From positions 124,001 to 188,000 of the forward strand of contig NW_005434561.1 in assembly GCF_000315625.1 (NCBI RefSeq): DNA of 64,000 nt, in the 5' to 3' direction. A program made the translations under genes and the position numbers. The stretch comes from Guillardia theta CCMP2712 (taxonomy: Eukaryota > Protista > Cryptophyta). The notes beneath the pieces were generated by a model, which ran no database searches, was not told where the DNA came from, and was given only the letters and a program-made list of their open reading frames with translations. Positions 41,905-52,898 of the stretch are shown here, piece by piece (positions within the stretch are counted from its first letter, which is position 1; each line of letters starts with the position of its first letter).

Positions 41905-43975
41905 ATGAGCGTCAACTGGGTGGGAAGCAAGGCGAGGGCGAGTGCTGGGATGCCTGACACCGAAAGAAAGCATCAGAATGATATGCTTTCCTCCAAGAGC
42001 AACGACGAGCTCAGATACGGAGACAGCATCGTGCTGCTGGCAGAGCGCATCTTTGGCTTCCTTCAGGCATCGCCGATGAAGAACGAGGAGAACCAGCTGC
42101 TCATACGACCGATCGATGCTAGCCAGGGCCTGAGAACAAGCACCGTCGATCTTGAAACGTTTCAGGTACAAACGTGTCACGAGTACGAAGCACAAGACAG
42201 GCTACAAGAATTCCTTGTTAAGCACGGCTTGCACCATCCCTCCGATGTTGCAAGGCTTGACGAGGACCAGAAGGCATTCCTCGAGGAGGTTCAAAATCTC
42301 GCTGAGGAGGAGATCAAGGGCAACGAAGAGCGCCAGCTGTTTCATCTCGGCCGGCCGATCAGATATGGAGACCCCTTTCAGCTTCTTCATGTCAAGGTGA
42401 CCTGATCCTCCCCCTCCACCTGCTCTCTGACTGACATGATCGCGTGCTTACAGACCCGGCTCTTTGTCACGCTAGAGAATCACAGCATCAAGGTCTCCTT
42501 GTCCACCAAGTTCCCCAGCTCGTCGAGGAGCTCGTTCGCCTTCCATCTCACTGAGGGGCAGAAGGGAAGCCAGTTCATCTTCGACACTCCAGCTCGTCTA
42601 GAGCTGGGAGTCTCGCAGGAGGGGGTAGTTCGCCCAGGGGACGCGGTGGTCCTCGAGTCCATTGCGTATGAGGGTAAGAGGCTATCAGCGCTCAAGAGAC
42701 AGGGAGAGAACGTCTGGTCCATCCACGCGTCCGACGACGACCCTTGCGAGCTCACCATACAAGTGCAGGCGCAGGCGAAACCAGCACTCAGCGGAAGCTC
42801 TCTCAAGTACAACTCGCTTTCACAGGCGACAGCGAGCGCAAAGAAGGAGCTCGAGGCGTCGCTGCACGTGGTAGAAGAGCGGAGACAAGGGATCGCTCGT
42901 GAAATGGCCCTGCTGGACATGCGGCTGACGGACGTGAACAAAGGGTTTGACCAGATGGTTCTGCAGATGATGCTTCACTTCCAGGAGCTACACCAGGCGC
43001 TTGAAGCGCGCGAGAACCAACTGCTCTCTGAGGCGAGGAAGAGGATTATGGAGAAAGTCACCTACCTCAAGGAGAGGAGGGAGGAGCTGTCCAAGGCCAA
43101 TGATGAAGCCGACAACGGTATCCAGTTCGCCTCCAAGGTCCTGGCTATGGACAACGACGTGGAGATGCTGCAGATGCAGCCGCACGTGATGAGGAGGCTG
43201 AGCTCTGTCAAAGGAGCCGTACACACTTCCTCCCTCCCCACAGAGAACCTGACCTTCCGCTACACCTACAACGAAAGGCTGATCGACTCCATCGGCGAGC
43301 ATGGAGAAATTTTCATTGGGAGTGCGCACGAGGAGCGAGCAGTTCCGTCGTCTAAGAGAGCCGCGCGTCCTTCCTCAGCGCATGCTGCTGCTCGATCGAG
43401 TGAGGCAGAACCTCCGAGGCCGTCCAGTGCCATCCATGATGGGGGCACTAAGAGCACAAGCAAGCAAAAGGAGAAGATCGGAAAGCAGCTGCAATTCTGG
43501 CATGGCTCCGACCATCCGGCTCTTGGCGAGTGGCTCTCAGATCTGCGACAGAGCGGAGACAGCATCCGAAAGAGCAAGAGTGCCAACGACTCGTACAACA
43601 AGAAAACGGTGAGGAGCTTTTGCATGGCTGCTGCTGCCGCCACTGACCTGGTCCCTTCCACTTTAGCGCATCTCTGCTTCTTTCAGTGGGAAGACAAGAG
43701 GATCCAAGTCAACGGACAGGAGAGGTTCATGATCGCTTGCTGACTCGCCTTTGTTGTTGACCCACCCCACAGAAACGTCGATGGATGGGAGGAGGAGAGC
43801 AGTAGACAGTTCAGCTGCTTTCGACGCGTCCATGGCCGACTTGTCGCTCGACTCCAAGAGCCATCGGCAAAGCTCGGACATCAAGAGGATGCACGAGAGA
43901 ATGACGCTTGCTTCAATGTCCAAGATCACCCCAAAGCGGACAAGTGCCCCTCTCCGAGATTACTACGAAGGATAA
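41905..43975 (+). CDS. Protein with IP3-receptor N-terminal (suppressor beta-trefoil)-like domain and TRIM/B-box-C-terminal-like coiled coil, multi-exon
   Basis: LRYGDSIVL..GFL...F.V....YEAQ..L...AEEE...NE......GRPIRYGDPFQLLHVKT..FVT...VRPGDAVVLES; then FQELHQALEARENQLL...DVEMLQ. Confidence 0.6.
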
Positions 43976-44225
43976 GAAAAGAATAAGAAAAGAATTATTC
44001 ATTTGAGTAAATGACGCTATCGTCAGTAGACTCCGATTCTCACATCTAGAAGTCTTTCATAGAAAGGTTTGATAGTTACTCTGCAGGTCTTCCAGGCAGG
44101 GGCTACAGGAGACAGACCGTCTTTCGACGCTACCAGCGAATTCCAACGTTATTTCAAGGACTGGGGCTACACAAAAAAATTCATACTTTCGCGCGTTTCT
44201 TTAGTTCTTGCCCTGCACCGAAGGG

Positions 44226-44867
44226 TTACATGAAGGTCTGTTCAATCTTAGGCAAGCTCACAGAAGCTTTGCTTGCCTCAGCTGGCGTTCCCTTCCCCTT
44301 GTGCAGCACCGTTTGCTTCGTCTCAGCCTAACCCAATATCAGCGTCGGTGTCATCAAGTTGCGGAAGCAGGAAACCTTAGTCTCTGCCGTCGTCGGTTGA
44401 GCCTCCTTGTCATTATCTCCCTTAGCCAACAAGTCCTTTGCATCCTTCTGCTCCTCAGGTGTCTTAGCCGCAGACATCACTTTCTTCGCTGCCTCTTCCA
44501 AGAGATGCTTGGTATTGACTGGCGGCATGTAGTTCTTGGCGCACTCGAGCACTTTGTCTCTCACGTCAGGAGGGAGCTTTCTTGGCGTGTCGTCGCCTGT
44601 TATTTTCTTTGCGCACAACATGACTTGCTGTTTCTCTACCTCCTCAAGCTGCTGCTTCCCCTTCAGCGAAAACTTCTTTACCCCTTTCCCAGATTTGGCC
44701 TGAAGTGCTTTCATCCTGTCCTTCACCACCTTACCATGCTGCGACGCCCCCCCACTTCGGTTCTCGAGCATCTCTGAAGTTTCACCGGCATGATCGAGTG
44801 ATACGAGGCAGATGCCGGCCACCAGCAGCATGGCACAGCCAACCACTGCTACCTGCCGCCACGCCAT
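44226..44867 (-). CDS. Small Lys-rich protein with N-terminal signal/anchor, two exons
   Basis: MAWRQVAVVGCAMLLVAGICLVSL hydrophobic leader; GT..AG intron near 44325-44375. Confidence 0.55.
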
Positions 44868-45747
44868 GGCTATATCGGGCGCTAAGCGAAAGCTGGCTGA
44901 CCAGATAGTCGGAGATCTCACTCTCAGTGCTCACGGCCGACGGGCCCCGGTCAGGACCCGGCGCGGGCTCACCCAAGAAAGCCAATGATCCACGTTATCA
45001 CCCCCACCCCCTCCTACCATCACCCCACCTCCTTCCCCAAAGTCTGGAGAGTGTGGTTTTATCACCCCCAAATATTCCTTTATTTTGAGACATATCAATA
45101 GGTAGGGGTAGTGACCCCCCCGGAAAGGAGCCTCATGGATTTTACCCCCCAGCTGGCACCAATGGCGTCTCCCCCCATGGCCTGACTTGTGTCATGCCGC
45201 TGCCGCTGATGACACTTCTACTCCTCCAGCTCATCGTCTCCTGCTGCTCCTCGTCTCATGCTGCTCTTCGTCTCCTCGTGCTCCTCGTCTCCTCGTGCTC
45301 CTTGTCTCGTCCTCCTACTGCACTGACTCCTGCCCATTATCGTTCCTGAGCTCGTCGGCGGCTTGATGTCCTGTCTCCTTGTGCCCCATCGCCTCACGTG
45401 TGAAAATCTTTTGCTCCTGTCTTATAATCCATCAACACCATCGTATGCCCTCATTCCTTCCTTCTCTCCGCTTTTCTCTATCGCATCTCGTCCTTTCCCT
45501 GGTGATTTTCTGCATCACCTCCCCATTCCTCTCTGTCGAACTCTTGGTAACCACCTGCTCCTTCACGTTCTTCATCGCTCTTCATCCCTCCTCTTGCCTC
45601 ACTCGTCGTCCTATCACACGAAGATAACATGATGACTCTCGCTTCGAGTTCGTGTCCTCAAACCTAACCCGTATCTTGATCTGATTGGTTTCGCATAGGT
45701 CGTGATGCTCGCATCACAGTTGCGCATCCTGTGACGACCATCTGCCG

Positions 45748-48714
45748 TTGACTTGGTTGCTGGATGAGCAGCAGCCGATAGCTGAGAGGAGACACACAAT
45801 GACGTCTACCGTCCCCTGGCACGATGTCGGAGCCGGGTGCATTGCCCTGATTGGAACTGTTGCGCTATGTATCTTAGCCTCGCTGAGGCTGGACAACATG
45901 TCAAACATCCTCAAGAGCGGGAGTCTGAAGAAAGTGATCATCGAGTCAGAACAGAAGTTCGAACCACTCGGAAGATTTTGCAAGGACATCGTCCTCTTGT
46001 CACTGATCCTGCTGTTCACGTATCAGAGTGAGTACTACCCGGTCTTCCCTCACCTTGCCAAGGAGCATGACATGGATATGTTCTGGTTTGCGACTCTGCT
46101 CTTCCTGGCATACTCCTTCACCCGTTGGCAGAAGTCCAGGACGGACGACCTGCTGGGGCGGGAGCAGACGGAGGAGTGGAAGGGGTGGATGCAATTTATG
46201 TTCCTGCTGTACCATTACTGCGCTGCTTCAGAGGTCTACAACATCATCAGGGTGATGATCACGAGCTACCTGTGGATGACGGGGTTCGGGAACTTTTCTT
46301 TCTTCTACATCAAGAAGGACTACGGGATCGTGAGGGTGCTGCAGATGATGTGGAGGCTGAACTTTTTTGTCTTCCTGCTCATGATTGTGCAGGGCAACAC
46401 GTACATCCTCTACTACATCTGCCCCCTCCACACGTTCTTCTTCCTAGTGACATGGCTGACCATGCGGGTCTGCTCCAACCTCAACTACACGAAGTGGGGA
46501 GTGAGGATCAAACTGTCTGTGGTTGCAGTGGTCATCTTTGCGGTCTGGGATGGAGCTCCATGGCTCTTCGACCTTATCTTCGGCTCTTTCATGGGCCGGG
46601 CGCCATGCAAGGGAGCGACGTCTGGGTTCCTGTACGAGTGGTATTTCAGGACGACTTTGGATCACTGGAGCACGTTCCTGGGCATGATCTTTGCCCTCAA
46701 CTACCCCTTCACCAACATGTGGTTCAAGGAGCTTGCAAAACTTCCTGCTGCCTCGCAAGGAAAAGTCACCTTGGTCGTTGCCGCTGTCTCTTTGACGCTC
46801 ATGGTACTCTGGTTTTGCTTCATTTTTACCCTCCCGAAGCTCCAGTACAACAACACCAACGCCTTCCTGGCTCCGGTCCCCGTGCTCAGCTACATCCTCC
46901 TCAGGAACCTGACCCCCTACATGCGGACATGGTACTGCGACATCCTGCATGACTTCGGCAAGACGACTCTGGAGACTTACCTGCTGCAGCATCATGTCTG
47001 GCTGACCTCCAACGCCAAGACTCTCCTGCAGCTGATCCCCGGCAGCCCCAAGTGCAACTTCTTCGTCTGCACCATCCTCTTCTTCGCCTTGTCCCGCGAG
47101 ACGCACAGGCTGACCATGTCTTTGAGGGCGGTTGTGCTTCCAGACTCCAAGGTACCCTGCCTCAGGAACTCGTGCCTGTTCCTCGCGGCCCTCGGGGTCT
47201 CGTACGGCGTCTCCTTCCTGCTCGTTACTCAGGTTCAGGTCTTGTTCGTCCGGCTCTGCCTCCTTGTCCTGATCGCCATGGCCTGCACTGCTGGCGTCTT
47301 CCGCGTCCTCCAGCGGACCAGCTCGGAGGAGTACGGGAACGCGGTGAAAGACCTCAGCCTCCAGCTCTTCGAGAAGGCTCCAGTCATGGGCCTCATCTTC
47401 TTCCTCCTCATCATCTTCACCCTGCGAGTTTCCACCTCCTCCTCCAGCTACGTCCCTTCCCACCTCGACTGCCTCTCGGCCCTCAGCGCCGTCCCGGGCT
47501 CGTGGATCTCGACGCTCCCGCTGGCAGATAAGAAGGCCAGGAAGCTGAGGAGCGGAAACCACCTTGCCGTCTCTGAGGTCAGCTCCAGCTGGCATTCGGA
47601 CTCCATGACCGTGTCCAGCTGCCTCGGGGCTGGGAACGCCGCTAAGATGAACCAGGTGGCGTCTTGTGAGATGCGTGCGTTCCGCTTCGATGATGGGCCG
47701 GGCTCTCGAGCTCTCGGCTGCAACTTCCGCTTCCTGTCCAAGGACGCTGCTCGGGCTCAGCTGGGGAAGGGGACGCGGGTGGTGATCTTCGGGGATAGCG
47801 AAGCTCGCAACCTCTACTACGCGATCCGACGGGCCGTCGGGCTCCCGGTCGTCAACGTGAAGGCCCATGAAGACTTGACGCCCATCGGCAACTCCAGCGC
47901 TGCCATGCCGGACGTCGCGTTCCTGTGGACCCCTAAAGTCTCCGACGTCGCTGCCAGGCTGGCTACCGTCCTCGCAGACAGCAAGCCGCATGTGCTGGTG
48001 ATGAGCTTCGGGCTGTGGGACGCGTTGCATGTGCGGGACTTGAGCGCGTTCGAGCAGAGCCTGCAGGGGCTGAGCAGCAAGTTCCAGGAGTCGCTCCCCT
48101 CCCTCCCCGTCAAGCCGCTCACCGTCTGGATGCCCCCGCCCACCATCCGCGACCACCTGCTGACCTCCAAGGAGAAGAAGCAGTTCATGACGGAGGCGCT
48201 GGTTGCGGGCTACCGCCAGAAGGCCCAGCAGGTCCTCAGCTCCAGCGGCCTCCAGCAGTTCACTGTCAACTTTCCGCTGCTCACAGCTCTCGACGCCGCA
48301 CAGCTGGACTCGACGGACGGGGTGCACTACAGTCAGGTCTACTACGACACGGCAGCCCAGCTCTTTCTCAACAGCCTCGAACACGCACGGAAGGCGGGGA
48401 AGGTCCAAGTGAAGGAGGAGGCGGCCAAGGGGAAGGGGACAGGGGGCATGGCGGACGCCTTGGCCTCCCTGTGCATGCTCGTAGCGGTTGGCTTCATGCT
48501 CGTGGCGTGTGACGCGTACGGAGGTTTCCTCCCCCTCCTCGCTGTGACCTTCGGCAGCAGAGAGATGGTAAAGGCAATGGACCTCAAGTCCAACCCCTGC
48601 CCCTGCCTGCGATCCGCCGGGTCACTCGAGCGAGAGCACGGGGAGGACGAGGACGAGGGGGAGAAGGACGTGGAGACAGGCGAGGAGAAAATCCTTGCCA
48701 GCACTGCGACCTGA
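45748..48714 (+). CDS. Cas1p/RWA-like multi-TM O-acetyltransferase fused to C-terminal SGNH (PC-esterase-like) domain; 5' exons probably upstream
   Basis: REQTEEWKGWMQFMFLLYHY, SYLWMTGFGNF, WRLNFF, LYYICPLHT, EWYFRTTLDH, GKTTLETYLLQHHVWL; SGNH motifs IFGDSEARNLY, FGLWD, TDGVHY. Confidence 0.88.
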   Translation: MTWLLDEQQPIAERRHTMTSTVPWHDVGAGCIALIGTVALCILASLRLDNMSNILKSGSLKKVIIESEQKFEPLGRFCKDIVLLSLILLFTYQSEYYPVFPHLAKEHDMDMFWFATLLFLAYSFTRWQKSRTDDLLGREQTEEWKGWMQFMFLLYHYCAASEVYNIIRVMITSYLWMTGFGNFSFFYIKKDYGIVRVLQMMWRLNFFVFLLMIVQGNTYILYYICPLHTFFFLVTWLTMRVCSNLNYTKWGVRIKLSVVAVVIFAVWDGAPWLFDLIFGSFMGRAPCKGATSGFLYEWYFRTTLDHWSTFLGMIFALNYPFTNMWFKELAKLPAASQGKVTLVVAAVSLTLMVLWFCFIFTLPKLQYNNTNAFLAPVPVLSYILLRNLTPYMRTWYCDILHDFGKTTLETYLLQHHVWLTSNAKTLLQLIPGSPKCNFFVCTILFFALSRETHRLTMSLRAVVLPDSKVPCLRNSCLFLAALGVSYGVSFLLVTQVQVLFVRLCLLVLIAMACTAGVFRVLQRTSSEEYGNAVKDLSLQLFEKAPVMGLIFFLLIIFTLRVSTSSSSYVPSHLDCLSALSAVPGSWISTLPLADKKARKLRSGNHLAVSEVSSSWHSDSMTVSSCLGAGNAAKMNQVASCEMRAFRFDDGPGSRALGCNFRFLSKDAARAQLGKGTRVVIFGDSEARNLYYAIRRAVGLPVVNVKAHEDLTPIGNSSAAMPDVAFLWTPKVSDVAARLATVLADSKPHVLVMSFGLWDALHVRDLSAFEQSLQGLSSKFQESLPSLPVKPLTVWMPPPTIRDHLLTSKEKKQFMTEALVAGYRQKAQQVLSSSGLQQFTVNFPLLTALDAAQLDSTDGVHYSQVYYDTAAQLFLNSLEHARKAGKVQVKEEAAKGKGTGGMADALASLCMLVAVGFMLVACDAYGGFLPLLAVTFGSREMVKAMDLKSNPCPCLRSAGSLEREHGEDEDEGEKDVETGEEKILASTAT

Positions 48715-48945
48715 GCAGGAAAAAATAAAGTTTACAGCAAGTCAAAACGCCCCCGCGCTGTTCACTCCCTCCTTCAACTCTGTGCCCTGTAAGATGTTCC
48801 TGCGGAGAATATAGAACCTGCACAAACGATCACTCACAACCGATCACCTTCGTCCTCCTCCTCCCTTCTCCTCCTCCCTCCCTCGCTCCCTCCCTCCCTC
48901 CGTTCTCCTTCTGCTCCACTCTCCTCATCCCTCGCCTCCCCTTCC

Positions 48946-51293
48946 TCACTTTACAAATGTCGACCAGTAGCTCAAAATTCGCATCTCCCAGTCGGGGGGT
49001 CGACGAACCTGCAGCGATATCAAGGGGAGGAGCACAGGGGCAACAGGAGAGAGGGAAGGAAAAGAGGGAGAGGAAAGGAGTAGGGAGAACGGAGTGGACA
49101 GAGAGGAAGGAGGACGAGAGAGGAGAGCGGGAGGAGGGGATGGGGGGGGGGGAGGAGGGGTTGGGGAGAAAAGGGAGGGAGGAGGGAGGAGGGGATGATT
49201 CGACCGTCCTCTTCCTGGGATCTCTCTTGTGATATTTCTTTCGCGTTCCACATCCGTCGCCTCGTCCGTCGGAGATAACAAGTCGAACTCCTGTGACCCA
49301 ACAACATTCACCTCCTCCTCTTCCTCCTCTCATCCCTCCCGCCCTTTCTTCCGTTCCTCCTCCTGCCCTTCCTCGGCATCATCCTCCCCCTCACAACCGT
49401 AACCTTAACCTCCTCACCGCCGCATCGCTCTCCCCAACTCCTCTTTCCACATCCCCGCCCATCGTCACCTCCTCCTCCCACTCTTCTTCCCCACCGTCGT
49501 CTTCGTTCACCATTTCGCCTCTTCTCCTCTCCCTCACCGTCTCTGAGCTTGGCAAGGTCCTGAGCGAAGATCTCCGCTCCTTGCTTCCTCGGCTCTCCCT
49601 CCCCCTCCTCTCCTCGCAGCTCACAGTCCTCGTCGAGGAAGACGCATCTGCCGGGCCAGGCCCCGAAGTAGAGGAGGCGGTTGGCCTCGGAGAGCAGCCA
49701 CGTCAGCAGCGACTGGTCGGAGATGTTGGACGGAAGCACGAGCTTCTTTCCCAGCGAGTCTCTTTGCGGGATGTTTCTGTTCACGTAGACGACCTGCGCC
49801 CTCCTCGCCTGCGCCCTTCGCTCTCTCCGCCTGCTCTTCTCTGCTGGTGCTTCTGACGCTGACGCCACCGACCGTCTCGTGACCATCTCACGGTGGAGCG
49901 ACAGGAAATCCTCGCAGGTGAAGCTCTCGACGAGTTTGTTGTCGGCGATGGCACGCGACTCGGATCGGAAGTGAGCAAAAGACGCGACTGTCTCTGCCAT
50001 GCTCCCCATCCTCTCCTCCTCGTACCTTCTGTTCCTCAACAGCAACGGCTCTATCTCCTTTGCGGCCTCCTGACAACTGTTGTTCACAAGGACCAGAGCA
50101 GTCAGACTGGTGTTGCCTCTCAGCACCTCCACAAGTCCGTCCATCTTCTCATCGCTGCTGATCTCGTTGCAAGACAAGTCCAGGCTCTTCATCGTCTCGT
50201 TGCACTTGAGCACGGGCATCAGCTTTCGCACCCCTGCCATGGCGATCCGGTTCTGACTCAAGTCAAGGTGTCGCAGCCGTCGGTTCCCCTTCATCGCCTC
50301 CGCCATGTCCGTCAGCCCCACATCCCCTATCTTGTTGTCCCGGAGCCCCAGGCTAGTCAGCGAGCTGTTCCGCATCAGTGCCATGCGCATGACAGCCCCC
50401 AGCTGGTTCCCGTCTGAGCTGCACATCCTGCCGCCCTCGCTGAGGGAGAGCGAGAGGAGGGAGACCTGGTTCTTGGCGAGGGCGAAGGCGATGGAGCGGA
50501 AGCAGGAGGAGCTAAGGCCGTTGCGAGAGAGGTTGACGTGCTTCATGCTCCCGCTCTCCTTCAGGGCTTCCAGCAGCAAAGCCAACCCTCGCGGTCCCAG
50601 CTGGTTGTCGGAGAGGTCCAGGGACCGCAGAGTTGAGTTGACCTTGAGGGAGGAAGCGAGAGCCTCGGCTCCCAGGCATGAGATGAAGTTGGAGGAGAGG
50701 TCGAGCGAGGAGATGGTCTGGTTGCTGCCCACAAGCCTCGCGATGTGCCTGCATCCTTCATCCTTGAGCGACGCGTGGGAAAGCGAGAGGGAGACGAGGG
50801 AGAGGTTGGCTGGAGACTCGAGGATCGCCTTCACAATCCTCTCGCCTCCTCTCGGGAGCAGAGGAAGCCAGTTCACGTCCAGCTCAGTGAGGATGCCGTC
50901 GTCCTCCCTCGACTCCCTAAGTTTCCACGCTTCCAGCTGCTGCTCAGCTGTCTGCTTGGAGGGCACGAGGATGGGAGCTTCGTGCGGGAAGTGATGGGAG
51001 CTTTTGATGCGAGTAATCCGCTCCTCCAGCAGCTCCTCCAGGTCTCTTCCTCTTCCTCTGAATAGCTCCGCATGGCTGGCACGCCCATCTCGTAGACTTG
51101 CAATGAATCGTCGAGACGCTGCCTGCCATGTCGCTGTTGCTTCTTTGCGGAGATGCGAGTGGCGGTCTGAAGGGAGGTGGCGATGAGATGAAGGATGTTG
51201 AGAGGAGGGAGAGGGCTGAAGATGGAGAAGAGGAGAGGAGGAGGAGGAGGAGGAGGAGGAGGAGGAAACACATGCTGCGAACATGCGTATCAA
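48946..51293 (-). CDS. Ribonuclease-inhibitor-class leucine-rich repeat protein
   Basis: Repeated L..N.TL..LDLS.N.I...G...LA..L 28-aa units; 3' exons uncertain. Confidence 0.8.
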
Positions 51294-51646
51294 CGGCCAA
51301 AGAGAATTAGCAGAATTATGGTTAATTTCATTTCAATATAACCAAATTGAACTTAAATTAGCACAGATCTTGGTGGAATGGAAAGGGGGCCAGTTGGACA
51401 CTAGCGCCTCCTCCCCTACCCCTTCCTCCTCCTGCCCCCCCTCCTCCTCCCCTCCCCCTCCCCCTCCTCCTCCTCCTCCTCCTGCCCCTCGATCCCTCTC
51501 CTCTTCTTCGTTGTCTTCTCTCTCTCTCCTCCCTCCACTCACCTCTTGGTCCTCGTCCTTCTCTCTGTCTGCTCGCCCTCCTCGTCCCTTGTCCTCTACT
51601 TTATCCGCCCGCCTCTGCTCGTCTCTTCCTCCTCTTGCCTTCTGCC

Positions 51647-52700
51647 ATGACGGGCCAGTGCCTTGCCGCCTCTTCTTTCCTTCCGCTTGCATTCCTCTTC
51701 TTCAATCACGTGGCAGCGTTCTTGTCCCCGTTGCCCGCATCGAAACCTCTGTGCTCAAGGACTCCTATCTGCATGCAAGACAAGCTGACAGAGGCCGAGC
51801 AAGTCGCGATCAAGTCAGGACTGCAGTTGGTCCCATCACAGAAACATTTCAGCAGGCTGAGCATGAGTAGCAAGCGGGGAAGGAAGAAGAAAAGTTCGTT
51901 CGATGCTGACTTCGACTCCATGGACAAGCTTGAGCGAGAGGCTCTGCTGGAGTCGGCGCAGCTCTCCTCCATCAATCCTTCTCATCTCCTTCGCGCCATC
52001 CATGTGCCTGATGGTGATCGAGTCAAGGCCGGCAAGGCGCTCATCAGGAAGTCGATGGGAGTAGCGAGTCTCCCGGCCTTCCTGCCAGCAGACAAGTGCG
52101 CGAGGGTACGAGAGCACATCGGGAGGACAGTAAAGGGGGACACTATCGACTCGGTCGATCACTGCCCTGAGTTTCAAGTCTCCCTCTCTAGAGAACAGCT
52201 CTCCTCCCTCCTCGAACCGCATGTCGTAGCTGCTCTCTGGGCTCTACCCACAGTCTTCCTGGAAGAACAAGCCTCTGCTGCTGCGCTGGCAGAAGCTGTC
52301 TCGAGATTGACCGAGCGTGAGCTGGAGGAGCGGGGATGGAAGGGGAGGGTGAGGCGAGAGGCGCGGGAGAGCAAGCGTTCAAGTGTGTTGACAGGTTGGG
52401 ATCTTCGGGAGGAAGTACGAGGATGGAGGACGGACGCACCTCGGCTTCCACATTGACACCAATCGAGTGACCATCAACATCAGCCTCTCACCCCAGTCCT
52501 CCCACCTGTGACTGCTCCTCCCCTCTCGCTTCTTGCCTGTAATGCCTTGCTCGCAGAGGAGGAAACCTGCTCTTCCTGTCCGGCCAGGCTCTTCAGCTAG
52601 TGCGGCGCGATGAGGGGGAGCTTTCGATTCACAGGGGAGATGTTGCGCACGCTGGTAAGTTATTGTTTGTTGTAGCACGTTTGACCTGCCGCAGTGACCA
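51647..52700 (+). CDS. 2OG-Fe(II) oxygenase-like protein with bipartite plastid-targeting presequence, multi-exon
   Basis: Signal peptide ending VAA|FLSP; DSVDHCPEFQ; next exon IFGRKY...HLGFHIDTNRVTINISL (HxD); later HRGDVAHA; 3' end approximate. Confidence 0.65.
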
Positions 52701-52898
52701 AGATGCAAGAAGGCGTTCGTTACTCTGTGATCCTTTTCTTCCATTGACCTCTCTTCTCAACTCCTTCCTTTCCCTTCTCGATCGTTCCCCGTCGTACCAT
52801 CTGCACAGACAAGCTTCTTTGATGTCTTCATTACAAGAGCATGTACATGTTGTAGAATAATTACAAGGAAACACGCGGGGCCTGTCGTTGCCTCCTGC

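Noticed and set aside
46444-48408. 654-aa antisense ORF
   Set aside because: Shadow ORF opposite a GC3-rich real gene; no independent motifs
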